The notes under the pieces were generated by a model. The model saw nothing but the letters and a program-made list of their open reading frames with translations, was not told where the DNA came from and made no database searches. A DNA stretch of 64,000 bases, from positions 95,854 to 159,853 of the forward strand of contig CBFFRP010000249.1 in the NCBI GenBank assembly GCA_965644295.1. Direction: 5' to 3'. A program made the translations under genes and the position numbers. Below, piece by piece: positions 40,551-52,670 of the stretch (its first letter is position 1; every line of letters begins with the position of its first letter). Source of the DNA: Paraphysomonas bandaiensis (lineage: Eukaryota > Protista > Chrysophyceae).

Positions 40551-41148
40551 TTGTTATTACGTTATTACTGGTTTTCGCAAACTAATGGCACCTAGTCACT
40601 AGACACTGTCACCTTAAATGTTAGATGAGATTGTATTTCTGAAAGTTGTTCAAGAAAGCAACATAATTGAAGGCAATTAATTGCAATACCATCAGGTGGG
40701 CGCGTAGTAAATAGTAAATAATTACGATTATTACTATTTACTCTCATCAATTAATTGTTACGCAAACCTGATTGCTATACTTAGTTAACCCAATCCAACT
40801 ATGCCATTGAAATATGATGCTAGCAGCAGAGTTATACCTCTGTTTCTTGTTTCATATGAAAGTTTCCCTGCACGACGGAATAGAAAAAATGTGCACGTAC
40901 GATATTTTCGTATATTGACTTACAATTTGTTTACTTCACTTTGATATTGTGCGGAACTAACAGTATAACCGCAATGTAGGTGATGTTTACGACTTCTGTC
41001 GCATAAATATAATGTTATTAGCATTTCATATGTACTAAGTAATTGAATCACACTTCCAACATCCACCGGGAAAAATAAAATCTATCCACCGTTCAAATGC
41101 CCTTGCTCATTTTCCGTGATGATTTCACTCCTGAATCAGGAACAGCAC

Positions 41149-42805
41149 TTATCTGTTGAGAATCTTTTTAATGTCTACATTTTTCATCTCGGAGAGATAG
41201 TTGGGGTTCACTCCCTTTTCTTCCAGATCTCGTACCATTTTCTCGCGTATGGCCTCCAATCGTGCTTGATCCTGAATAAATTTTTGCCTGTCAGCAGCGC
41301 CGTCATCATACTTCCTGAGCCGCTCTCTGTGAAAAATATCACCATCAGTCATGTGACATGCAAATACACCAATCACATACCTTGCTCGCTGCTGCTCGGA
41401 TTCTTCAATTTGCTTCTTAATATTTTCACGGTGCTCATTTGCAAGGCGCATTTTATGAGCTTCTTCACGTGCCTCCCTCTCGGCCATCTTCGCCGCGTAA
41501 GCTTTGGCGTGTTCGATCTCGATCAGATCGGCTTCTTTCTGAGCCTTCAAGCGATTTTTCTTCTCCTCCGCCTGTTTAGACCGCGCCAGTGTAAGTTCCT
41601 GCAAGTCTGCCTTACGTTTCCTAGCCATTTCCCTCTCATGTTCCCTTATTTTGCGTTCATGAGCCTCAGCAGCACGTCGGGCCCGTAGTTCATCCAGCTC
41701 CGCTTGTTTGTTCTGGGAGCGCTCCTGGTTTGCAAGTAGCTTGGCTTGCTGTTCTTTCTTCAATAGTTCTTTGCGGGCTTCTTCCTCCTCACGTCGTGCA
41801 AGCTCTGCGTCACGTTGCGCTTGATAACGAAGTATTTCATCCATCTCTTCCTTCTCTCGTAATTTCGCATCCTTCTTCCGCTGAATGGCTTGCTCATTGG
41901 CAGCAATCACTTCCAAGCGGCTGCGCTCAACTTCCGCCTTGCGCTTCTCTGCCGCGCGCTTGTCATCCTCTGCGTATTTCTGAATCATATTGCGCATAGC
42001 AATATTCTCTTGCTCCCTCGCTTCTGCTGCAATAAGCTTCATTCGTCGTCTCTCTTCTATCTGGTCCGTAATAACTTTACGGTCCTCAAACCTCTTACTG
42101 CGTTTATAATTCTCCTCCTCCTCTCTTCTCTGTAGATCCTTCAATCTGTCTACTTCCATCATCATGTCCAGACGTCTATCATATTCCAGCTCCGCTTCCT
42201 CGCGTTTTTTCTTCTCCTCAAGCTGTCTGTCACGAATAGTAAACGCCGCAGCACGCGCCCCCAAAGTTGTCAACATTTTAACAAGGTCCGTCTCATCAAC
42301 AAGTTTTTCTTCTGCCATTTCACGAATCGCTTGATCACGGGCAGCTTTCTCGAGTTCTGCATCAGATTTTTTCGCATTCTTTTTCGCCTTTTCTTCTAAT
42401 GCGATCATTTTCGCCTTTCTGTCACGAGATATTTTTTCCCGCTCTTCTTGTAACTTTAGTGCCGCTTCGCGTTCTTGGCGGATTTCTTCTTCTGTTTTAA
42501 TTGTGGCGGCATTCTGTTCAAAAATTATACGTAATTAGGGTAATTTCTGTGTATGTATGTGTATGTAAACACCTTCAAGCGTTCGAGTTCGGATGTTGAG
42601 AGAACGACTGAATTGGCGGGAATAGGACCCGTTACAACCCTTCGAGACCTGATACCGATGCAGTGAGAGTGATATAACATGGATACACAGGCATATCTGA
42701 CCGTCCTCCTGATGTTGCTCGAGGGCTCTTACCAAACAAAGACTCATCCACGCTCGAGTTATGGCCAACTTTATGATAACGAGGAGTCGTTCTTTTGCTA
42801 TCCAT
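41149..42805 (-). CDS. CFAP45: Cilia- and flagella-associated protein 45 (trichohyalin-plectin-homology coiled coil)
   Basis: N-terminal SSVDESLFG; AFTIRDRQLEEKK, DMMMEVDRLK, QAELDELRARRA, C-terminal LEEKGVNPNYLSEM. Confidence 0.9.
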
Positions 42806-43482
42806 TGTAATTATTTTTATCACCAGCTAATGTCAGTGTGATGTGTGTGTCTCGCTTGTTAAGTTACTCAACTGATCGGATCGTATAATCTGAGTGGGAT
42901 TATGCTGCCTGCTGTGTGAGCCAACATGCAAGCAGATCATCATATGAAACGGCCTTAATCACACGGTCCACTTACGGATGTATATCCGGTACAGGCTACA
43001 TGAGGATAGAGGAAACACAGCCATCCATTTAGACCCCACAGTCTTTTTTTGTGTCTAAGCTCTTCCTATTCTCCAATTATTTCGTAGAAAATCCCATGTT
43101 TTTCATACATATCGTGGGTTTAGAGTGGAAAAAGTAAAAAATATATGGTTTTTGGAAGTGGTTGGTGCGAACAATCGATAGGTCTGAAGGAGATGAGTGA
43201 CCATATGATTCGTACGAAGGCGTAGTCTGCCTGCTCAAGTAAGTATCGAGTATACAAACGGTATGTGTAGAGTACAATCAACATACGCTGATATGTATAT
43301 GAAAATATGTGTAGGATATAATGGGAGTTCAAATCAAATGGCGGGAACTGCTCGCACTTATTATCGCTGCCATTAGAGCTAGACAATAGAATCAAGCACG
43401 CAGATATCTTCTGAATATTTAGATCACAGTTGTGTTCGATATATCAGAAGCCAATAGAGTGCTATTATTGTTATTTGTTGCA

Positions 43483-44662
43483 ATGGGTTTAGATATTGAA
43501 GCGGGTGGAGGCGAGAGGAGTAAAGGCTTAAATTCCAGTATAGAAGTGACTGGGGAGAGCTCATACTATGGCCAGGGGTTCTGGCTGTTGATATGGATGG
43601 CGAATAACATCCTCGTCACTATAATGAACAAAGCGATATTTGCTAATATTGATTTCAAGTACCCCTTTGCCCTCTCCACGATACACATGGCATGCAATGT
43701 CATCGGCAGTCAAATATATTTCTTTGTATCGAGGTGTGTTATATATATTCTTATAGGGTTAGAAGTATTTATCCCTTACAGGTCTTCGAAACCGAAGCAG
43801 CTGGAAGGATCAAGTAGATTTCCCATATTTTTACTCAGTGTTGTTTTTGCCCTCAACATCGCTATTGGGAATACTTCTCTTCGCTGGGTTTCAGTTAATT
43901 TCAACCAAGTAAGGAAACGGTGTTGTCGTAAAGAATATAACAGGTTCACAGGTGTGTCGAGCATTGGTACCTGCTATTGTGATGATAATATCGGGGCTTT
44001 ATTTCGGCAAGACATACTCTAGCCAGCGAAAGTGGGCTGTAATCCCCATCGTGATAGGGGTGGCCCTTACATTTTACGGTGGTAAGTTATACACACGCTT
44101 TTCTTATTTATATGTGTGATAATGCTCGCAGATATGCACTATAGCGCGGTTGGTGCGTTCTATACGTTCCTTTGTGTTGTGCTTGCCGCACTCAAAGCTG
44201 TCATGTCGGGTGAGATCCTTACCGGAGACTTGAAGCTACACCCAATGGACCTGCTCTCAAAGATGTGTCCCCTGGCCTTAATGCAGATTACGGTCATGTG
44301 TATGCTCTCGGGGGAGCTGGAGGAGATAGTAGCCAGATGGCCGGAGCTGGTGGCGAGTTCAGCTCCACTTGTGGTCCTTCTATCTGGCATACTCGCTTTC
44401 TCTCTTAACTGGAGTAGCTTTATGGCAAACAAAGTCACTTCTGCCCTTACTCTTTGCATAGCCGCAAACGTGAAGCAGGTTCTGCTTGTGGCAGTTGGAA
44501 CTCTTTACTTCGGCGACCCTGTAGGACTCATTAATGGGTGCGGCATATTTTTAGTGATGATCGCGTCATTCAAGTAAGTGCGTAAACAATATTATTGTTT
44601 TAATGACGACTCTGTCCTAAAACAGGTATAGTTTGGTTAGTCTTAACGAGGGAAAGTCATAG
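43483..44662 (+). CDS. TPT/SLC35E-family nucleotide-sugar or sugar-phosphate transporter, 5 exons
   Basis: NKAIF...FKYPFALSTIHM, NIAIGNTSLRWVSVNFNQV, LAALKAV, LAFSLN...KVTSALTLCIAANVKQV. Confidence 0.9.
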
Positions 44663-46128
44663 GCTGAAGCCAAATTCATCTGTCATGACGGCAAGCTTTT
44701 TGTTTGTGGTTTAACTACTTGCTTGCTATATTTTTGCTTATAACTTTCTCACCGCTACTTATAATAAGAGTGTTATTATGTTTACTGATAGAATATTAAT
44801 TACCATTACAACCTACAGACATTTATTTAATTACGTACAACATGTACGGTAGAATCATAAAATGAAGTGCCAGTTACACAAAAGAAGTACCTAAAATTGA
44901 AAGCCGCAAGATTACATTCTCAAACACCAGTGTTCCCACTGTAACCCATTCCTTGCTAGAATCTGCGCGAATAACATACATATGACGTGTATAGCTATTA
45001 AAAATCCCGCGTAACCTTTGTGTAGGCAAGGCAAACACAGATACTAGAGCTAAATGCAAGGCTAAGAGGTACTGCATTCCTGATGTGATTTATTTCCCAA
45101 CACGCCATAGAGTAAAATGATACTGATTTTATTTTTAATTGTGGTGCAGTTAGTGTCGGCTTATACCAAAATATGGGAATCTTAATGAAGAATAAGTAGA
45201 AGATCGCATGTTCAGCAATATTATTCCATTATACGAATGAGAGCACACACGACTATCTCCTGTATAGAGCCTACTCTTAATTCGTATTTAGTAATCGTTG
45301 GTTCCTCCTTTTTCTGATTTTATCCTACTGTCATTAATTTGACTAATAGTTAAATACAAGAATATTTTACCGTAATACAGTTACCATGCAATGAATAAAG
45401 CTCAGTGAAAGTGGATACGCTCGATTTATCGCCGTCTACAGTTTCCGCGTTGGCGATATCCATGTGATAATCCTTCCAGACCGCGTATATTAACTTCAGG
45501 GTCAATATTATCATCGTACTGTGATGCCTCGTAGTCTGTGATTGCCTCATATGCACGTAACCCTCCGTCAAAACCTTATGAAACGACACGTGCAGTTGCC
45601 AGAAACACAAAGCCAGCCAATCTCCAATAAGCATTCTCTAATGGCTCCTTCATTGATTCCATTGTCTTATGCAAGGCTGAACCTGGATGCCTTCGTTTGT
45701 TAGGTAAACTGGCGTAATATTCTTCCATCCTGCACAGACACCCTCTCATCTTATCAATTTTCTGCATATCTGTGCCACACTTATAGACGTTAACACAAGC
45801 GCCATAACCCAAATAAATAATTGAGCCCCATGTTCATAGTCATGAGGTAGCCGTCTAGTGCTTGCAACAGATATGTGTGAGTGATGTTTGACTGTGATGG
45901 GGCATAGATTGATGATAGATTGATGATAGATTGATGATAGATTGATGCTCAGATTGGATATCTGGCGAATACGAGGACAACAAGAGGACAACGCACTGTA
46001 TACTGATGGTATACACACGGATTTCAATCGTAGTACACAGCACATGGTGAGCTGTATACACGTATGTAGTTCTACATTATACGTACATGTACTGCTGTGT
46101 ATACACTGGGGCGATTGTTCATCATGTA

Positions 46129-46209
46129 TTTCATTGAAAAGTCATCGTTTTTTTATTAAAAAGTCACTTTTTTCCACTTTTCACTGAAAAAGCGATGATT
46201 TTTCAACGA
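46129..46209. repeat. Short palindromic MITE-like element, copy 2
   Basis: Inverted match to 25897-25979. Confidence 0.7.
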
Positions 46210-46254
46210 CAGTGGGTCGCTCATATCTCGCTCCAGTATGCCGCCTACACCCCG

Positions 46255-48709
46255 ATGAGAGCTCGCTATTCCAAGCAGCAGATCGAGCTATGCGTTAAGT
46301 ACATGGATACCTCCTCCTCCTCCTCCTCAGATGCATCAGACATATGGCGTGTGTCTCTTGGTGTGTGTTTCTATCGGTGGTGTCGTGTGTGTTGTATGAG
46401 GAGGCGATGCAGGAGCAGTACAGTCAGAGGGATAGTCGGGGGCCGACACACCGCCCTCCGAAGAGGACTACACACTCTACGCACTCATACGATATCGCAG
46501 AAGGATCGTCGTGAGGTAGATAGATGTGTGATGACTGCAGCCGATAAGAGAAACAGACTGAGACTGATACGCCGCGCAATGAGAGTGTTTCTCTCCCTCT
46601 CGCCCTCACACAAGAGACAGAAGGCTGTGTCCTGGTATGAAAATCGTCTCCGACTCACTGTTTTTGGTCACTGGGTACGAGTTCACATGGAGAACGAAAC
46701 TATAATGAAAAACTGTCGAATTGGAGCGGAATATTTTGCAGAAGTGTCTTATCGGAAGACTTTGCAATTATTGGGGACGTTTGCGATTAGTAGCTCACGA
46801 TCCAAACAAAAGGATCATTTGGGTCAGATATTTGGTGTACTGGTTGCTTATCGGCGCGCAATGATGAAGTGGAATGATTGGATGGCTGGATCTGCTAGGA
46901 GACGGGCGATTTTTGAAACAGTGGATGCGTTCATTCGTGAGAGGCAAAGATGTGCAGCTTGGCGCATCATAGCGGTGCTACGGTCGCGGGTATTCAAGAG
47001 AAAGCGTCATTTCAAAATGGCTCTGTGGAAGGATGGAGGACGACATGCTCAAGAAATTCTAAGGGTACTGCGACGTCAGGTGGATAGGCGAGAGAAAGAA
47101 AAAGAGGTGTATGTTGGAATGACTGTGCATTTAGAGCAGCGTCGCATTCGCTCGGCCATTCGCTGTCTGATATGCAATGTAGCCAACTTGAAGAAGTATA
47201 GAAAAATCAGTTTGTGGGCACAAGCTAAGCATGATACTCTGCAGCTGTTGCAGTTGGTAAGAAAATTGCGACTGTTAGGAGAAGGACAGAGGAGACAAGC
47301 AGCGGCGCTTCAGGTAGGTTAAGGAAGGAAATAATGTTATTCCTTTTTAACATGCACTTTAGTTGGCAGAACGACATTGTGCACGAGTCAGATACAGTCA
47401 TTGTATGAGATGGTGGGTAACACTTCCTTTCCGACGAGAGGATGCAGAGATACGGGGTAAAAATGGGAGAGCCATTGCGCGCAAGTATGTGCAGTCAAGG
47501 GGATTTCGAAAGGGACTGGCGTGTTTATTGTCTACGGTTGTCCGTCGAAAGAGAGAGACGACCAACACAGACTCTATGCTGATGGGTACACTTCTCATAT
47601 CCCGTGGTTTCCGCCTCCTTGCGTCATCCCTAGATCGATGGGTGTCCGCAACACGAATGTAAGTCTCATTGTGTCTTGGTGTCACTGTGTCAACTGCTTT
47701 TATACTCTCCTCTTCTCGGTATATTTTGGCTGGGAGTGTCTCGACTTGTGTATTGCGTTTGATATTGTGTTACAGGAGGGATCTATCACGTCGACTTTTA
47801 GCTGCAGGGGCTCGTTATCACTGGAGGCGTAGAGTTACGATTGCTATCAGGCTACTGCGCTGGGAATGCTCTAAGAGTGGGAAGCTGAGGTGGCAGGCTC
47901 TGATGGCGAGACATCACTGCGAGCAGAGACGCTTAAGACGGGCCACGAGGACCCTCAGCTATGTAACACATACTCACTCTTTCCAACGACAACAGCTGTA
48001 CAGAGGTGTGTGGCTGTGGAAGTACTGGCGAGAAGCGGTTGCTATACGCTGGTGGAAGTCCAAGACTAATAGATGTAGAGAAAAACGAGACTCTCTTCGG
48101 TTGGCATGGGGACTTCACAATTCTTGTCTTGCTCGCGATAGTATTCGTCGCTGGATTCGCCATGCTTGCTCTCCGATAGGCGGCAGTGCAATAGTGCGTA
48201 TGGGAGGGGTGCATAGACAATTCTCTCTTAGTAGGATAGAAAATGTAGTGCGTAGATGCGCTGCTAAATGGCTGGCTCGCACACGCAACAATCGACGCCC
48301 TATTCGTGTCCGCCGTCAAACACCACCTACTATCCGGACTGGTATGTCTCTTGTGCATGCCCCTCCACGGGTACCTCCTAGCGATGTTTTTGATGATATA
48401 CTTTTGCCACCAACCCGGCGCTTCGAGGTTCCAACCTACCGGAATCGAGGGACCAGCCTCTCTGCGGGGCACCTCAACTCCCTCAACTGTTGTGATCGAG
48501 AAGATATGTCTATTCTTGCTGCTGTAGATGACCTCGACAATGCTGCGTGCGAGATATACTCCCGCGCATTAATGTCTGAGAAACAAGAGAAAGCATCCGG
48601 AATATGTAATGATGCGATGCGAAAAAAACAGCTCGCTCAGTCACTACTGGAGTACGCCGAAATGTTAGAAAAGCTACAGCATGCATATAGTAAGCGAATG
48701 GATGTATAA
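46255..48709 (+). CDS. Basic helical protein with Sfi1-like Trp repeats (possible centrin-binding), 3 or more exons
   Basis: Arg-rich, with recurring A..H/Y....L....F..W spacing (AVSWYENRLRLTVFGHW; AWGLHNSCLARDSIRRW; GVWLWKYWREAVAIRWW). Start codon uncertain. Confidence 0.5.
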
Positions 48710-49582
48710 TTTTATACTAAACCTATTGTACGTACGAAATGTTCTGAAATTGTTAATATGCAGTAGTGTAGTACTTCATAGAAGTATTTAATTTTTGTGG
48801 TTATGGTAACCGAATCGCATGTTATTAAAGACCTGCGCGTGACCGCGACTAATGTGTATTTGTAAGCATACCCACTTATATCTAAGAACACTTTATATCG
48901 AACACTGCTACCCATTTATTTAATTATAATATAGTTATATAGACATAATGTTCAGCCGATTATTTCAGATGATCTCGCAATGGATTTATTGTATTGTCCC
49001 CATAAGATTGCAATACGTGGTTTATTTCAACACATATATTTACACGGTTTATTGTGGTCATATATAAAAATCCTATTATTAGCAGTAGGTGTCAAGACTC
49101 AGAGTAAACAATATGCAAACGTGGGAAATTTTCAGAAATTTGGGAAATTCTAGTAGATTTTACTAGACTTTTAAGAATTGTTGTAGAATGGTTCTAAAAG
49201 TGCTTGAATGAAATAGTGTAGTGTTAATAAATAATTAATATTTAGGTCCTATAGGACACACCAACAGCACGTTTCCTTTTACCAGTAACTACGTTGTATG
49301 CCCTAATACTACTACTAATACCCATCATAAAACGCCAATACACGTCGCGTCACACAAATCCTATGCTAGAGTATTCACTACGTTCAATATATCCATCACT
49401 CAACCAATACAAGCCATACAGTACTATCGCTCGGTGGTAAAACCTTAGCATACTAGAGTATTCACTCAGCTCAACGAGAGAACACACATAGCAGAATAAC
49501 TGTACAACATATAGGCATCACATATAACCAATACACGTAACGTCACACATATCTTATACTCGAGTATTCGCTCAGTTCAATC

Positions 49583-50090
49583 CGAGAATGGTTCCACCTC
49601 CAGGGTAACCTGGGTATTGAGCTGCCTGCTGAAGTCAAACATCCGGGCTGTTCACTTTAAGGACTCAAAAAACCTGAAGTTAGCAGATGTCAGGTATATC
49701 AACATTCTGCTTGCTCACTGCGTTTGCTTTGAGCGATAGAGCGGAGGTGGTTGCACCTTGGTGCTTGCGGCGAATTAAAAGTATTTATTGCGTTACAAGT
49801 TGCCCTTGCTACTTGTGTTTTGTAATATAGCATATTCTCATATAGCTGCGTTTCCAAAAGCTCCAACAGAATAGCCTTCTTGTGGATACATTGCATACAT
49901 AGTGCTATCTTCACCACTACAACTGTATGAAATAACACCTCCGCTACTTACAGTAGTATAAGTACCTGTGTTTGGAGGCGACGCTTTGAGTGATAGAACG
50001 AAAGTGGGTGCACCTTGGTGCTTGTAGTGAAGCACAAACAGCTTTCGTATCGTTATATATATTAGAATATCATAGTTAAGCACTAGTTAT
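49583..50090 (+). mobile_element. Tail repeat copies (C-B-partial A, about 205-bp insert, second B/A)
   Basis: Partial core 49741-49773 and full core 49998-50048. Confidence 0.75.
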
Positions 50091-50327
50091 AAATTGCAAT
50101 GCTACATTAGCTCAGACTCTTAGCAACACGCCTATTGCTAATTATAAAGCATTCACTGCTATGGCATTTACTGCTGTTGACAACCGACTTATTGATAATA
50201 AATTCATTTATATTTTTATAAGCAATTTGATGTTGAACAACATTCCAATTATAAAATTGATCAACATATATATATATTAATGTGTCTGTTGTCAACTATT
50301 CAAATGGGTCAGTTGTCAACGAACCTG

Positions 50328-50850
50328 ATATTGAAAGTCTAATTATTAGCAATTTTAGCAATAGGCTTTAAGAACCAGCACGAGTTTAGTAGCTAGAAGA
50401 AAACTAGTCAAGCTAGATAGACGTCTACCTGTTACTAACTAGTAGTGCGCACTTTATTATCCTACTATTTATCGCTACGGGGGCTGCTTGTGCGTCGCCG
50501 CAAGCACCATGGTGCAACCACCTCCGCTCTATCGCTCAAAGCAAACGCAGTGAGCAAGCAGAATGTTGATATACCTGACATCTGCTTTCCCGGATGCTTG
50601 ACTTCAGCAGGCAGCCCAATACCCCGGTTACCCTGGAGGTGGGACCATTCCCGGATTCCTGTTTATTAGTGTCCAAAGACGTCTACACAAGTGACACATG
50701 TATTAGTGTCCCTTGTACCACACAAGCATTAGGATATGAGTGGGTAGAAAATTATCTGCCGACTATATATGCGGCTCACTTTTTAGTTCCCCGGAGAAAT
50801 ATCTCCCAAAACACCACGAAAAGGTGCGAGTCCGACTTTGTTGAGGGTAG
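50328..50850 (-). mobile_element. Most complete non-coding copy of the repeat (D-C-B-A)
   Basis: Core at 50477-50527; colinear with 28815-29310 and, inverted, with 9551-9985. Confidence 0.8.
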
Positions 50851-50940
50851 CGAGCCTGATAATTCGTTTGTTGTCAAGGATCAAAGAAGTACTTCTCTCC
50901 TCCCCGCTGAGTTTTTTAGACCACACCTAGTAGGCAACGA

Positions 50941-52670
50941 AATATATATATTGAATGTCTGATTATTTAGCAATAGGCGTTGAAAGCCTGCACCAATTAG
51001 TGGCTAGAAGAATGCTAGTCATACTAGTTAGACTACTACCCGTAACTAATCAATACAAACTCTTTTATCCTACTATTTAACGCTACAGAAGCTGCTTGTG
51101 CGTCGCCGCAAGCACCAAGGTGCAACCACTTCCGTTCTTAGTGTGTGTTATGAGGCTCGCCATGATCGTGTGTCCTGGGACTCACCGGCGCGTGTGATCT
51201 GGAGGTCTCCTCTTGGGATGAGACTCCACTCGCTATATGATAGATAGCCTTTTGTACCTCACGGGGACTGACTTATTAGCCTTATGGCAGTTAGGGGAAA
51301 CAGTAATATGCCCTTCTGAGATTGGCGATCTGGTGGCCTTCCTTTAGGCATTGTTCCAAGTGGCTCGGAGGTATGTGGATGAAGGTCTTGCAAAAGGTTA
51401 TGGCCTACTGTGAAGAAGCGTCGAAATCGGCTCTTTTGCTGTCTTAGCCAGCGGTAGAGAACACATGCAAGAGGGTGTATAGCTGTACAGGGGTGGGATA
51501 TGAGGGTCATCCGATGTGTCCAGCAACAGGGAGTCGAGAGGGAGTGTGATGGTGCAAAAGAGGCAACATCTGATTGAGGAGAGGGGGACTGCGCAACAGA
51601 ACAAGAGTCACTGAGGTCGAGTACTCTGATAGACCTATGCACGAGATGATCGTGATGATGATGATGGTCTGGAGGAGACACTCGGACGTCCTCAGCTGCC
51701 CTTGTTAGTGTCTGTGTTGGTGCAGGGGGGTACAGACTGAGGCATAGAGAGTGTGTGGAAGGAAGATGACGGCAAGGTGTCAGAGACGGAGGGAGGGGAG
51801 ATGGTTTGTCTGGAGGTTCTCGAGGAGGAGGTAGAGTGTAAGGTGCGTGTGTATGACAGTGCAGCGGTGCTATGAGTGTGTTGGACAGAGAGAGAGAGAG
51901 CCGGTGATGTGTCCAACAGTACAGGTATACAGGTACAAGTACATGGTGATGTGTCCAACAGTACAGGTATACAGGTACAAGTACATGGTGATGTGTCCAA
52001 CAGTACAGGTATACAGGTACATGGACAGGTACATGGGACGAAGTGTGCTGTGTGGTGTACTGCAGTATATTTGCACCGTATTGGAATGGTATACATCCTG
52101 TAGGACACAGTAGTACAGTAGTCGGGTATACCGTATGCGGAATACTGTGTCCATCCAATGAGATGTGTGGGCTGTGGGGATGATAGGCAAAAGTGTGAGG
52201 GGGTGCTCTGCTTGCATAGACGCACACACTACTGGGTTGGTTTGTGCGGTCGTCAAGAAATGGTCCTGTCTTACAAGGTAGCGGGGCCGATGGAGAACAT
52301 GGGTGTTAGCGAATGAACAAGTGGACCGTTTTCGAGTGCCTACCCGCACGAGCCATGCGATGAGTGGTTGTAACCGTAGAGAACGGTGTGTGAGACAGAT
52401 GCGTCTACAAGGGAGTTGTCCAATAGGAACAGACAGCGCTGCAGTGGTGCAGGCACTTGGTTTAACTGACGGCGTTAGTGAGGAGAGTGGTTGCAAAGCC
52501 ACGTTATCAAACGGGAAGCATGTACAACATGGTAAGACAAGATGTTTGTCGGCAGTGTGGTGTGTTTCAAAATGTTGCCCTGCTTGGAGAGAAGGGAACA
52601 GTCTGAGCCCGGACCCGCTGATGGGACACAACCACGGTCTCAATGGAGACATTGAGCTTGGAGCGAGCTA
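50941..52670 (-). mobile_element. LINE-like 3' fragment with low-complexity Pro/His-rich coding remnant and full tail A
   Basis: MPKGRPPD (about 51328-51351) and PKRRPPD (about 51197-51217); core 51085-51135; terminus ...GCTAAATAATCAGACATTCAA(TA)n at about 50941-50975; internal 42-bp tandem x3 at 51903-52025. 5' limit uncertain. Confidence 0.6.

Noticed and set aside
40690-40772. Imperfect AT-rich palindrome (ATCAGGT...ACCTGAT)
   Set aside because: Single copy, no TSD; cannot be distinguished from chance or a decayed MITE.
44874-45077. Short ORF with a signal-peptide-like start
   Set aside because: No recognisable domain or convincing exon structure.
45350-45900. Protein-like frameshifted ORF pieces, possibly a decayed transposase
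   Set aside because: No diagnostic motif or termini recognised; needs a translated search.
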